A stretch of DNA of 64,000 bases, from the NCBI GenBank assembly GCA_965240325.2, contig OZ251235.1:806001-870000 (forward strand), read 5' to 3'. The notes under the pieces were generated by a model. That model saw only the letters and a program-made list of their open reading frames with translations, made no database searches and was not told the origin of the DNA. Of the stretch, positions 30,401 to 44,113 are shown one piece after another. Position numbers and translations under genes: made by a program. How positions within the stretch are numbered: position 1 is the stretch's first letter; each line of letters opens with the position of its first letter. This DNA comes from Rebecca billardiae RCC1528. Taxonomy: Eukaryota > Protista > Haptophyta.

Positions 30401-31874
30401 GCGACGGCGGTGGCTCAGGCGGGCTCGGGCAGCCCGCGAGCCTCAGCTCATACCAGCCCTCATCAGAAGAGAAGCCCTCGACGAGCACGTAGTACGTCGC
30501 GCCGGCGGGCACGGCGACGCTGAGATACGAGGCGACGTCGCAGCTGCCGTCGTCGTCAGCCGCCACCTCCGTCGCGCCCTCGCCGTCAGGGCAGCCGTCG
30601 TACACGCGCAGGTACGTGTCGAATGACGAGCCGCACGTGTCGAGCGTCGCCTCCCAGCCCAGTGACCCGCCCTCGAGGGTGTACACGTGCTCGCCAGACC
30701 AGTGGCCCACGAGGTCCGGAGCGCCAATCGTGCTGCCGCTCGCGGGCGTGGCGCACGACAGCAGCCCGCGCGACGCAGCGCAAGGCGGTGGCGGCGGCGG
30801 CGGCGGCGGCGGCGACGGCGAAGGCGGAGGCGGCGGCGCTGGCGGCGCGGGTGGGCTTGGCGGCGGAGCGGGCGAGAGGGGGACGATTGCAACCGCGCCT
30901 TCGAGATTGTCGTAGTGCGAGCCGTCCGCGTCGGTGCCGCACACGCCTTCGAGAGAGTCCCATGGCCGCGCTAGGTCCTCGAGGAACACGCGCACAGCCA
31001 CGTCGCCGGAGCACAGACCGCGTGGGATTGTGAACGTGTGCGCACCCACGTTGCTGCCGTCGAGCGCGAGCTGGGCCGGATAGTACCAGTACATAGTAGT
31101 GTCCGCCATGCCAAACGGCCAACCGTCGTATGCGAGGAGCAGCCTGACTCCGATGCCGTGCTCCACCGTGTACGAGCCGCTGCTTGACGCGTAAAACGAC
31201 CACTCAACGAGCAGCTCGCCCGGCGTGCCCGTGCTGCCAAGCCGCAGCCACTCGAAGCGGTCTCCCCACGGCTGGCGCGTGCACTCCGAGCCGGGCAGTA
31301 GGTCGTAGAACGTGCGCGGGTCCTCGGGCGCCAGCGAGACGTCGCCGCACAGCGGAGGCACGGGCGGCGAGGGTGGCGGCGGCGGCGGCGACGGGCTCGG
31401 CGGCGGCGGCGGCAGCGGCGGCGGCGGCGACGGGCTCGGCGGCGGCGGCGGCGGCGGCGACGGGCTCGGCGGCGGCGGTGACGGGCTCGGCGGTGGCGGC
31501 GACGGAGGACTCGGGCAGCCAGCGACGGTGAGATAATACCAGCCCTCGTTCGACTCGAAGCCCTCGACGAGCGCGTAGTACGTCGCGCCGGCGGGCACGG
31601 CGACGCTGAGATACGAGGCGAGGTCGCAGCTGCCGTCGTCGTCAGCAGCCACCACCGACGCGCCACTATTGTATGGGCAGCCGTCGTACACGCGCAGGTA
31701 CGTGTCGAACGATGAGCCGCACGTGTCGAGCGTCGCCTCCCAGCCCAGTGACCCGCCCTCGAGGGTGTACACGTGCTCGCCAGACGAGTAGCCCACGAGG
31801 TCCGGAGCGCCAATCGTGCTGCCGCTCGCGGGCGCGGCGCACGACAGCGGCCCGCGCGACGCGTCGCACGACAT

Positions 31875-31906
<32 letters not shown>

Positions 31907-34307
31907 GGCTTGGCTGCGGCGGAGACGGGCTTGGTGGCGGCGGCGATGGCGGCAGCACTGGCGGCGAAGGCGGCGCTGGCGGCACAGGCGGCGAAGGCGG
32001 CGGAGCTGGCGGCGCAGGCGGCGGCGCGGGCGGCGCGGGCACGCGCGACACCACGCCCTCAACGTTGTCGTAGTGCGAGCCCGCGTCGGCCGTGCCGCAC
32101 TCGCCGCGCACCGCGTCGGTCGGCCCCGCGCGGTCCTTGAGCGAGGCGCGCACGACCGCCTCGCCACCGCACTCACCCGGTGGCAGAGCGAAGACGATCG
32201 CGTCGTGCACGGGTACGCTCGGTCGGAGCCGCGTGGGCGGGTAGGAGCGACTCAGCACGCGCGTCCACTGGCCACCGACGCCGTCGGCGCCGAGCAGCAG
32301 CTGCACGTGCACGCCGTGCTCGGCGGTGAAGCCGCCACCGCTCGGCACAAAGCGCCACTCGGCACGCAGCTCGCCTGCGCCCGCCGCGCTCAGCCGCAGC
32401 CACTCGAAGCGGTCGTCCCAGAGGCTGCGCGCGCAGGGCGAGCCGGGGAGCAGGCTGTCGAACGTGCGCGCGCCGTCGGGAGCGACGAACACGCCGTCGC
32501 ACAGTGGCGGTGATGGCGGCGCGTGCGGCGCGGGGGGCGGGGGCGGCGGGCCCGGCGGCGGCGACGGAGGGCTCGGGCAGCCAGCGACGGTGAGATAATA
32601 CCAGCCCTCATTAGAAAAGTAGCCCTCGACGAGCGCGTAGTACGTCGCGCCGGCGGGCACGGCGACGCTGAGATACGAGGCGAGGTCGCAGCTGCCGTCG
32701 TCGTCAGCCGCGACCTCCGACGCGCCACTATTGTATGGGCAGCCGTCGTACACGCGCAGGTACGTGTCGAACGATGAGCCGCACGTGTCGAGCGTCGCCT
32801 CCCAGCCCAGTGACCCGCCCTCGAGGGTGTACACGTGCTCGCCAGACGAGTAGCCCACGAGGTCCGGCGCGCCGAACGTGCTGTTGCGTGTGCGCGCGGC
32901 GCACGACAGCGGCCCGCGCGACACGTCGCACGGCACCGGCGGCGGTGCGGGTGGCGACGGTGGGCTCGGCACGCTCGGTGGCACGGACGGCGGCATGGGT
33001 GGCGTGCCCGGGGGCGCGGGCGGCGGCGAGGGCAAGCCGCGGTAGGCTTGCAGCAGCCGGTCCCCGTCCGTGATGATCGTGCCCTCCGCGCGCACCCGGC
33101 CGGGCACCGCAGTAGCGAGCAGCAGCGCGCGCACCGCGCCGACACTCGCGCCGTCGCCGAGCGCGGCGACGAGCTGTGCGGCGACGCCGCTCACGTGCGG
33201 GCACGCCATCGACGTGCCCGACATGATGTACGTCGCGGCAGGCGCGCCGAGCCACGCGCTGAGCACGTCCGTTCCGGGCGCGTACAGGTCGACGCACGGG
33301 CCGTAGTTCGAGAAGCTCGAGCGTGCGTCGAGCTCCGTCGTCGAGCCGATTGTGATCGCCTCAGGTGCGTTCGCGGGCGAGTAGTTGCACGCGTCGTCGT
33401 TCTCGTTACCAGCAGCGACGACCACGGTGACGCCCTCGGCGACGAGCTCGGCGACCGCGGTGTCTACCGCGTAGAAGCGCCCCTCGAAGCCGAGCGACAT
33501 ACTCACGACCTTGCGCGCCGCCGGGTGCTCCGACACCCAGTCCAGCCCTTTCACCAACGACTCGATGTCGCCACTGCCGTCGTCGTGAACCACCTTGACG
33601 CCGTGCAGCGTTGCGCCGCGCGCGACGCCGTAGTGCGCGCCGAGTGCCGTGCCCGCACAGTGCGTGCCGTGGCCGTGGCCGTCGTTCGGCTCGGCGCCCT
33701 CGGTGAACGCGTCATACCCGTCGCCCACCCGGTTGGCGAACTCGTCGTGCGCCGCGTACACGCCCGAGTCCAAGACGAACACGTGCACGCCCGCGCCGTC
33801 GTGCTGCGGCGCAAACGCGCCGTCGAGCGGCAGGTCGGGCTGGTCGATCCGGTCGAGGCCCCACGGCGTGCCGAGTGCCGCGGTCCCTGCGGAGCCGACG
33901 CCGAGCGCGCCGCTGCCGACGTCGACGTGTGGATGCGCGCTGCCGCTCCGCTGCCGCCGCTTGGCCTCCAGCTCCGCCTTGGTTTCATTTGCGTCGGGCG
34001 CGGCTGCCACGCTCCGCCGCTCGCCGATGGCGTACGCCGCAATGTTGGGATCGATCTTTGCGCCGAGCTCCTCGAGCGCGAGGCGCGCCTCCGCGCAGAG
34101 CACCGCCGTGAAGCCGCGCAGCACCTTGCGGAACGTGTGCGACACGTTTAGCGCCGCGCGGGGGTGCGCCTCAGCCACGCGCCGCAATGCGAGCAGCGGC
34201 GTGTCGGCAGCGGCCTGGCGGTCGAAGGTGACGACGTACTTGGCGTCAGGCGCGTTGAGCGCGGCGCCGCTGAGCCCGAGCGCGGCCAACGCCACCGCGA
34301 GCATCAT
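27201..34307 (-). CDS. Membrane-anchored subtilisin (S8, proteinase K-like) with repeated extracellular modules and a Pro/Ser stalk, 2368 aa
   Basis: Signal peptide; I9-like propeptide; catalytic VFVLDSG, GHGTHCAG and SGTSMACPHV; four A-B module pairs; SPn stalk; C-terminal TM followed by RRKRRR. Confidence 0.92.
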
Positions 34308-34411
34308 CCGCGCCGTGGCGGCGGTCGAGCGCCGCGCGAACGATGTTCTTGCTCTGTCCTCTTTCCATCTGGATAGAAACGAATGTGAGAGTGAGTACTT
34401 CTCCGTATCTA

Positions 34412-34455
34412 CAGTTTACTAAGAATAAGAGACGCACACAGCTCAGGCAGGCGAG
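34412..34455. mobile_element. CAGTTTACT-family insertion, 44 bp, flanked by TA on both sides
   Basis: Identical to 7036-7079; TA at 34410-11 and 34456-57. Confidence 0.8.
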
Positions 34456-34839
34456 TATGTTGATGGGTTGTTTTTACCCCTCTTTAGGCTACGAATTCTT
34501 GAGAATTTGAGAATTCTCATTTGGTTCAAGATTGGCTGTGATTGGGGACAGATACTACAAAGAATAGCGAGATATGTTTTACGACCGGCGCCCACCAAGT
34601 GTCTTGTCCCGGACGCACGGACGTAAAGTACGATATACGAGCGAAATTCCGCGCCGTACCCGTATACCGTACGCTTATTAATTGACCGCTGCTCGTTCCG
34701 CGAGGCGGCAAGTGTCGCTTGGCGTCCAGTCACTCGACTATGATACAACGCGCATACGAATCAAAGGAATAATGAATGGGGAATCGTCCGCCTGCGACGC
34801 AGCACGACGAGCGCTGGCCCCCCCTCGATCGCCGTCTCG

Positions 34840-35141
34840 GTGGCAGCCACCGCCTCTCCTGCCCGCCCCGCGCCCATCGCGCTCCCGCTGCTGCCACCGC
34901 CGTCAGCACGGCCGGGCAGCTTCTCTGCCACCACCACCGCCGCAGGGCTGGCGTCGCCGTCCGGTCACCGGTGACCGGTCCGCCTCCGCACGCTGCCGCC
35001 CTCCTCCGCGGTGCCACTACAGGGCTACCTCTACTGCCGCCTGTGATCAGCCGCAAGTCGTCCGCGCCGGTAGCGCCATCGACGCACGATGCAAGCAAGC
35101 TCGCGCCTCCGAGCGCGACTGCGAGCCACGCGCCCAGCAGG
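34840..35141 (+). pseudogene. Degenerate duplicated fragment of cNMP-gene exon 3 (~25285-25507)
   Basis: Shares GTGATCAGCCGCAAGTCGTCCGCGCCGG and neighbouring blocks (LLPPVISRKSSAP.APS.HDA.KLAPPSA). Confidence 0.85.
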
Positions 35142-35598
35142 CACGCGAATCGACGGTGCAGTGACGGCTTCTCAGCCGACCAGCGGCTGGCAAATCTCGG
35201 CGCTCAGTAGTCTCGGAACTTTCTCGGATATGCTCATACTCTCGCTCAGCACGGCATATTCAGCATTATTAACGTTTTTTGCATCAGCGTCACCAGCAGG
35301 CGATTATATACGGATCCGTCGTCATATTATAAAAGGGGGCGTCGCGTCATCATCATCCGAATGATACTAAGGGGCTACTAAGGCGAAGGCTCCAATGCGT
35401 TCAGCCAGTAGCACTGGCAGCAGCGGCGCTGCCGGTTACTCACACGCCGGCCGGGTGACACGCCGCGACCGCCGTCAATGATGACGGCACTAGATAGTAG
35501 ATGTGAAGATTTCCGCCACACGACTTGAATACTTACATGTATATATATGTACTGATCAGACCGCCACGAGACCATGGGGGCCGGGCGCCGCGGGCGCG

Positions 35599-36383
35599 TC
35601 ACGGCCGGCGCAGCTCCGCCTCGGCGTGCGCGCGCGCGCCGAGCACGCACTCCTCGGCGCGCGCCTGCGCCTCGAGCACGAGCGCGCGCGCGCCCAGCGG
35701 CTGCCCGTCGTGCAGCGCGCCCAGCCGGCCGTCCGGCGCGAGCACCGCGCGGCACGCCTCGTCCAGCCGGCCGAGCGCCTCGCCCAGCAGCTCGTCCGCG
35801 TCCGCGGCGGCGCCTTCGATCCGCCGGCGCGGAAGCTCGAGCTGCTCGAGCAGCGCCTCGCGGCGCTCGACGCCGAGCGGCGCGGCGCGCACGGCGTCGA
35901 GGTGCGCGCGCGCCGCCGCGAGCGTCGCCGTCGCCGCGCGCTGCTGCTGCGCGCCCAGCCCCAGCGCGGCTGCCATCAGCGCGACGCACGCGTCGCCCAC
36001 CGCGCGCGCGTGCTCGGCTGCGCGCGCCGCCTCGTCGGGGGTTTGCCATGCCCACGCCCACCACGAGGCGCCGGCGGCGATCGGCGCGAGGGGCGCGCGG
36101 CGGAGCACGCCCGCGCCGAGCCCGACGAGCGAGCCGAGCTCCTGCAGCGTGCGCCCGTGCGCCGACGGCGCCGCCGCCGCCGCGCCGCCGCCGGCGCCGC
36201 CGGCCGCGGCCGCGCCGAGCGCGCGCGCGGCGGGCGTGCGCGCGAGCGAAGCGGCGAGAGCGGAGAGGGCGTGGCCGAGGGCGCAGAGGGCGATGAGCGC
36301 GTCGGCGGCGTGCGCGCGCGCCGCGCCGACGGCGGCGGGCGTCGGCGGCCACGGCGCGCGCGCGCCCGCCGCCTCCGCCTCCG

Positions 36384-36420
<37 letters not shown>

Positions 36421-39400
36421 GCCGGCCGCGCCGCCGCCGCCGCCGAGCGCGGCCGCGCCGCCCGCCGCCGCCGCCTCGAGCGCGCGCGCGCCGAGCAGCG
36501 CGCCCTCGACGAGCGAGCGCGCGGCGCCCGAGCCGAGCAGGCCGGGCGGCGCGCCCTCGAGGCTGGTGGGCAGCTCGGCCGGCGCGGGCTGCGCGAGCAG
36601 CGCGCCGCCCGCCGCGCCGTCGAGCGCGGCGCGAAGCGCGGCGAGCGCGGCGCACGCGGCGCTCAGCCGCGCGCGCGTGGCGGGCGCGCGCGCGCCCGCC
36701 CACACCGCGCCGCCGCCGGGCGCGCGGCCGAGGGCGTGCGGCGGGTGCGCGGGCTCAGCGGCGGCGCACGCGGCGAGCAGCGCGCACGCCGCGCGCGCCG
36801 CCTCCACGCGCGCCTCGCCGAGCGTCGCCGCGCGCAGCGCCGCGAGCTGCACCCGCTGCGTGGGCGCGCAGCCGTCGAGCATTCGCGTCGCGGCGTGCAA
36901 GCACAAGGCGGCGTCGGCGAGCGCGCCCTCCGCGTCGGCGTCGTCGGACGGGCTCGGGCCGTGCGCGGGCGGCGCGGGCGGGAGGGCGGGCGCGCCCGCG
37001 CCGCCGCCCGCGCCGCCGCCGCTCACGCCCGCCGCCGCGCCCGCCAGCGCGCCTCCCCACGCGGCGGGCGCGGCGCGCGCCAACGCGGCCGCCACCGCGC
37101 CACCCTCGGCTAGCGCGGCGCAAACGCGCGGCATTGGCGCGAGGGCGCACAGGACGGCGACGCCGTCGACGGGGCGCGCGGCGACGAGGTGGAGCAGCGG
37201 GAGCAGCAGCGCCGCGCGCGGCGCCGCGCCCGCCGCGCCCAGCGCCGCGCAGCCGTCGTCCGCGCCGCCCGGCCCGGTCAGCAGGGCCGTCCACGCGCGC
37301 GCCTGCTCAGCCGAGCGCGCGGGCGTGCGCCGCGCTAGCCACAGCAGCAGAGCCCACAGGCCGGGCGTGGATCCGTGGTGGGGCGCGCCGTGCGGTGCGT
37401 GCGCGTACGCCGACGGCGGCGGCGCGAGCCAGCCGTCGCCGCCGCCCGACCCGCCCTCCACGCCGAGCACCCCGTGCGCCGCGCCCACCGCCGCGCACGC
37501 CGCCGCGCGCAGTGGCGCCCACCAGCGCTCGGCCGACAGGGGCGGCGGCGCGGCGTCGGCGGCGCGCGCGGCGTCCGCGCGCGCGCTCAGCAGAGCACAG
37601 ACCGAGCTGGCGAGCGAGTCGGCGGCGCGGAGCAGCGCGGGGCGGCCGGTCTCGGCGGCGCCGAGCGCGGCGCACGCGCGCGTGAGCTGCGCGACCAGCG
37701 CGCCCAGCGCGCGCTCGGCGAGCTCCGCCGAGCCGCCGCTCGGCGCGGGCCAGCGCGCCGCGGCGCACGCGGCCGCGAGCGCGCCCTGCAGCCGCTCCGC
37801 AGCGTCCGCGCCGCCGTCGAGCGCGCGCGCGCACGCGAGCTCGGCGAGCTCCGGGAGCGCGCGCCACAGCGCGGCGCGCGCCGCCTCGGCCTCGCCCTCC
37901 GCCTCCGCCTCGCCGTCGGGCGGAGCGGCCGGCTCGTCCGCCGCCGCGGGCGCCGCCGCGTCGGCCGCCGCGTCGGCCGCGGCCGCCGCGGCGCGCAGCG
38001 CGGCGCACAGTGCGGGCGCGCAGCGGCGCGGCGCGGCGTGCGCGTGCTGCGCGGACGGCTCGGCACAGCCCGGCTCGGCGGCGCCGCCGAGCGGTTGCGC
38101 CCAGCCGTCCGAGCGCACGAGCACGCGCGCCGCGCCCGCGCCGAGCCAGAACTCAAAGCCGCCGGCGCCGCGCGCCGCGCCGTCCGCGCCGGCGGCGGCC
38201 GTGCCGCCGCCGGCCGCAGCGGCGGCGGCGGCGGCGGCGCTGGTGGCGCTGAGTGCGGCGGGGCCGGCGCCGCTGAGCGCGGCTGCGGCGGCGAGCGCGG
38301 CGGCGCGCGCCGCGCCCGCCGCGTCCTCCGCGCCCGCGCGCGCACGCCCCGCCACCCGCCTCCGCCGCACGCTCAGCGCCGCGCCGGCCGGCGGCGGCGG
38401 CAGCAGCGCGGCCGCGTGCGCGCCGAGCGCGCACACTTGCGCGCAGCTCGCGAGCGCGGCCGCGCGCGCGCGCAAGGTGGGCGGGTCGCCCGCGGGGGCG
38501 CGCGGCTCGGCGGGCGCGCGCGCGGGCTGCGCGTCGAGCGCGTCGAGCGCGCGCCGCGCGTGCTCCTTTGCGCGCGCGCACGCAACGCGGACGCCCGCGT
38601 CGTCGTCGTCGTCGCCGCCGCCGCCGCCGTCCGCGCCGCCGTCCGCGCCGCCGTCGGCGAGTGGCGGCGGCGGCGGCGCGGCGAGCGCTCGCAGCGCCGC
38701 GCCCGTGTCTCCGAGCACGGCCCAGAGCGCGGCTGCGCGCTCGTCCGCGGCGCGCTCGGCGTCCGCGCACGCGTCCGCGCGCGCGAGCTCGTGCAGCGCC
38801 CCATCCCACTCGGAGCGGCGCGCGCGGCCCAGCAGCGCGCGCGCGCACGCGCGCTGCGCGGCGCCCATCGCGCCCGCCGCGCCGTCCGCGCGCTCGGCCG
38901 CGGCGCGCAGCTCGGCCTCGGCGGCCCAGAGGCCGGCGCACGCCGCGTCGGCGTCGGCGCGCTCGAGCGCGCCGACGCACGCCGCGAGCGCGCCGCGCGC
39001 GCCCGGCGCGCACTCGCCCAGCGCCGCGCCGCCCGCGGCGGCGGCGGCGGCCGCCGCGCGGCGCGCGGCCGCGGCGCGCGCCGCGTCGGCGGCGAGCTCG
39101 GTGGCGGCGAGGCAGAGGGCGTGCGCGGCGCGCGTGAGCGCGGCGGCGCGCTCGGTGGGCGCGCCGCCGTCGGCGGCGCGCTCATGCGCGACGAGCGCGC
39201 CGCCGCCGCCGCCGCCGCTCGCCGCGCCGCCGCCGCCGCCGCCGCCGCGCGCCGCGGCCGCGCGCGCGGCCGCGAGCGCGCCGCCGCACGCGCCGCCGCG
39301 CAGCCGCGCGGAGCGCGCGGCCGCGCGCGCGGCCGCGCGGCGCAGCGCGGCGCGCGAGAGCCCGCCCGCGGCGGCGGCGAGGCGGCGCTGGGGCGCGCAC

Positions 39401-40497
39401 AGCGCGGCCTCGAGCGCGAGCGCCGCCGCCTCATCATCCTCGGAGCCACCATCGCCCGCCGCCGCCTCGGCGGCGGCGGCGCCGGCGGCGCGCGGTGCGG
39501 CGCCGGCCGCGCCGCCGGCCGCGCCGCGCGCGAGCGCGCGCGCGCGCTCGCGCTGCGCGCGCTCGCCGAGCAGCGCGGCGGCGCGCTCGAGCGCCTCGCC
39601 CTCCGCCTCCACCTCCGCGCGCGGCGCGTCCGCGCCGAGCGCGCGCAGCGCCGACGCCGCGCCGACGAGCGCGGCGCGCGAGCGCGCCTCGAGAGCGCCA
39701 GCGGACGCGGCCGCGGCCGCCGCGCCGCCCAGGCGGCGCAGCAGCGCGCGCGCCGCGCCGACGGCCGCGGCGTGGTCCGCGGCGGACGCGGCGGCCTCGC
39801 ACGCGCGCGCGCGCGCGCCCTCCGCCTCGGCCACCGCGCCGAGCTCGCGCTCCGCCTGAGCTAGGCTGTCGACGCCGGCGGCGGCGGCGCCGCCGGCGCC
39901 GCCGCCCGCAAGTGGCAGCGGCGCGAAGCCGCGCCCGTCGGGCGGGGCGGCGCGCGCGGCGCACGCGCACGCGAGCGCGGGGAGCGCGACCGCCCACGCC
40001 TGCGCCAGCTCCGCGCGCGCCGCCGCGTCCTCCGCCGCCGCGCGCGCGCGCGCCGCCGCCGCGCGCAGCGCGTGGGCGCGCGCGGCGGCGCGTGGCAGCG
40101 CGCGCCGCAGCCGCGCGTTCAGAGCCGCGACATCGACGGTGAGGGCGCGCGCGGCGCTGGCGCCGGGCGCGAGCGGGTCGGAGGTGGCGCGCACGAGCGC
40201 GGCGGCGTGCACGCCCGCGCGCTCGCTCTCGCGCGCCAGGTCGTGCCACGCCGCGGCGGCGCGCGCGGCCGCGCCGCCGGCCGCGCCGCCGCACGCGCCC
40301 GCGAGCACGCCGCCGAGCGCGCCGCGCGCGCCGCGGCCGGCGCCGCCGAGCGCGGCGGCGGCGGCCGGCGTGAGGAGGAGGAGGCAGCCGCCGCCCGCGC
40401 CGCCGTCGCCCTTGCCGCGCGCGGGCGAGAGCGCCTCCCACCCCTCGCACGCGCCAAGCTCGAGCTCGCCCACCGCCTCCGCGATGCAAACGCCGCT

Positions 40498-40553
<56 letters not shown>

Positions 40554-40910
40554 CGGCGCGCGCGGCCGCCGCCTCCGCTTCGGCCCACGACGGCATGGGC
40601 AGCGCGCACACGCCGAGCAGCGCGCGCGCGGCGCCGAGCAGCGCGGCGGGCGGCGGCGCGGCGGGCGGCGCCGCGCGCCACGCGCCGCCCGCGCCGCCGC
40701 CCGCCGCGCCCAGCGCCACAGGCAGCGCTTCCGCGGCAGCCACGCGCAGCGCGGCCGCGGCGGCGGCGCGCTCGGCCGGCCGCGCGTCGCGCGCCGCGCC
40801 TCGCAGCACGACGGCGAGGAGCGCACGCCACAGCCGCGCGGAGCGCAGCGGCTGCGCGCGCGCGAGCGCGCTCGGCTGCACCGCCGGTGCGCCGCCGCCG
40901 CCGCACGCCA

Positions 40911-40941
<31 letters not shown>

Positions 40942-41367
40942 CGGTGCGGCCGCCGCCTCGGCGCGCGCGGCGGCGAGCACGGCCAATGCGGCGCTGAGTA
41001 CGCGCGCAGCCGACGCGCCGCCCGCCGCTCCGCCGGGCGCGGCGGGCGCGCGGTCCGGCGGCGCGGGCGCGCCCACGTCGTCGTCGTCGTCCTCGCCCTC
41101 CGCCCAGCCCTCGCCGCCGCCCTCGCCGCCGCCGCCCACAGCCGCCGCGCCGCCGCCGCCGTCCGCGTCCGCGTCGTCGTCGTCCATGGCAGTGGCCGCG
41201 CCGCCGCCGTCCGCGCCGCCGTGCGCGCGCGCCGCCGCGGCGGCGGCGGCGTCCGCGGCGGCGCGGCCTGCCGGCGGCCCGAGCCACGCGCGCGCGCGCA
41301 CCAGCACGCACGCCGTCAGCACGTCGAGCACCGTGCTGCTGCCGCCGCCCGGCTGCGTCTGCGCCGG

Positions 41368-41402
<35 letters not shown>

Positions 41403-42418
41403 AGGCCGCGCCCGCCTCCCGCGCACCGCCCGCTGTGGCCGCGCGCGCGCCGAGCCGGCGCGCCTTGAGCTGCGGCCACGGCACCCACGCGCCGCCGCCG
41501 TCCGCGCCGCCCTCCGCGCCGCCCTCCGCGTCGGCGTCGGCGGGCCCCGCGTCGAGCGCCGCCGCCGCCCCCGCCGGCTGCACGGCCGCCGGCCCGGCGT
41601 GCAGCAGCTCGCCGACACTCCCGCGCCACGCGCCGTGCGCGCGGAACTGGACGACGACGAGCGCGCCGCCGCGCGCGGCGGCGGCGGCGGCGGCGGCGGC
41701 GGCGTCAGCGCCGCCGCCGTCGTCCGACTCCGCCGCGCCGCCGCCGCGGAGCGCGGGCGGCTGGGCCCCCGGGTGCGGAAGCACATGCAAAACGGTTCCG
41801 ATCTCCTCCGCCGATCCGAGCAGGCCCCAGCCCAGGGCGGGCGTGGTCGCGTGCTCGGAGAGGCGCACGCGCGCGCCGACGCGCGCCGCGCTGTCGAGCG
41901 GGCACCGGCACACCGCGTGCCCCACGGCGGGCGCGCGCCGGAGCAGCGTGATCAGCAGCCGCAGCGCCGCGCTCACGGGCGCGTGCGCAGACGGCGGCGC
42001 GGTCGGCTCGGCCGAGCCGACCGCCTGCGCTATGGCCGTGGCGAGGGAGGCGACGGTGGGCGCGTCGAGCGCGAGGGGCGGCGCGCACGTGCCGCCGCCG
42101 CCGCCGCCCGCCGCGAGCCCGCCGCCCGCCGCCGCCGGGCCCAGCAGCCGCGGCGCGGCCCCGGCGGCGGCCGCGGCGCCGCCGCCGCCGCTCGGCGCGG
42201 CCGCGGCCGCGGCCGCGGCCGCGGCGCCCTCCGGCGCGGCGCCCGCGCCCGCGAGCTCGGCGAGCAGGCTGAGCGCGAGCGCGCGCGTGCGCGCGCTCAG
42301 CCCCGCCTCCGCGCGCGCGTGCTCCGTCGCCGCGCGGCACACAGGCCGCGCCCAGCCCGCGGCGACGGCGGCGGCCGAGTCCGACTGAGGCGTGCCGCCG
42401 CCGCCGCCGCCGCCGAGC

Positions 42419-42470
<52 letters not shown>

Positions 42471-44077
42471 TCGGCGGCTCGGCGGCGGGGTGCAGCAGCA
42501 GCAGCGCGTGCAGCGGCGAGCGCCCCGGCGCGCCGGCCTCGCCGTGCGCGCGCCGCGCCGCGCGCAGGCTGCGCAGCGTGTACGTGTACAGTGCTCGCAG
42601 CAGTCGCTCCACCTCCGCGCGCACGGCCGCCGCGTCGCCGCCGCCGGCCGCCGCCGCCGGCCGCGCGGCCCAGCCACCGCCGGCGAACACGCCGGTGGCG
42701 GCCTCGTCGTCGGCGCGGCGGCGGAGCGCGCGGACGAACGCCGCCGAGACGCACAGCGCGCGCACCAGCGCCGCCTGCGACGACGGCCGCTCCCACGCCC
42801 CGAGCGCGCAGCCGGCCAGATCGGCCGCCGCCGCCGCGTCGTCGGCATCCGCGCCGTCTGCAGACAAGGAGCCTGCGCCGCCGCCGCCGCCGCCGCCGAG
42901 GGCGAGGGCGTCGCACAGCGTCTCGAGCGCGTCGGCGCGCACGCCGAACGCGGCGGCGGCGGCGCGCGCCGCGTCCGCCGTCGCGCACGCCGTCGCGCAC
43001 GCCGCCGCCGCCGCCGCGTCCGCGGCGGCGTCGGCGGCCGCGCCGCGGCCGGCGCGCGGCGCCGGGCCTTGAGACGCTGACGCGGCGAGCGGCGGCGGCG
43101 GCGCCGTGGCGCCGCGCACGCCGAGCTGCAGCGCGTCGGCGGCGAGCGCGGCGACGAGCGTGCACAGCGCGCGCGCGCGCGGCGGCGCCGCCGCCACGCG
43201 CCCGCCCGCCGGCGGCGCGCGCAGCAGCGCTCGCAGCAGCGCGACAAGGGCGCCGGCGCACCCGCCGGCGCCCGCGCCGGCCGGCAGTGGGTGGGGCGCG
43301 CGCTCGGCGCCGCCGGCGGCGTCGGCGCGGCCGAGCCACGCGGCGCACTCGGCGGCGCACACGCCGTGCGCGTGCACGGCGTGCATCACGCGCGCCGGCT
43401 CCGCGCGCGCGCACGCGCCGAGGCAGCGCAGCGCCGCCGCCGCCAGCCGCGGCGCGCGCGCATACGCTGGCGGCAGCGCCCCCGCGCAGAGGGCCACCGC
43501 GCGCGCGCACGCAGGCACAAGCCACGCGCTCACGTCGGCGGCGAGCGGCGGGTGGTGCGCGGGCGGCTGCTCGTCGTCGGCGGCGGGCGCGTCGGCCTCC
43601 GCGGGCGGCGCGTCCGCCGCGTGCAGCAGCTGCGCGAGCAGCTCGAGCGAGATGAGTGCCCGCGCCATGGCTGCATCGCGCGCGCGCGCGGCAGACGCGT
43701 CTGCCTCGCCGCCCGCGGCCGCGCCGCCGCCGCCGCCGCCGCCGCGCGGCGTGGCGGGCGCAGCGGCGGCGGCGGTGGCCATCGCACCGCGGTGGTGCGC
43801 GCTCACCGCCGCCGGGTCCACGCCGCCGCGCAGCCAGCCCTCCACCGCCGCGCGCAGCACCAGCGTGCCATCGAGCGATGCGCCCGATGCTCGCAGATTC
43901 CACGCGAGAATCAAACCTGGCGCGAGCCCCGATGCGGCGGCGGCGGCGGCGGCCGAGGGCTGCGGCGGCGGCGCGGCGGCGGGGTCGGCGTCGTCGGAGG
44001 CGCCGAGCACCTCGGCGAGCAGCGTGGCGCGCGCGCCGTGCGGCACGCCCACGCTCACCTCCGCGAGCCACGCGCAC

Positions 44078-44113
<36 letters not shown>

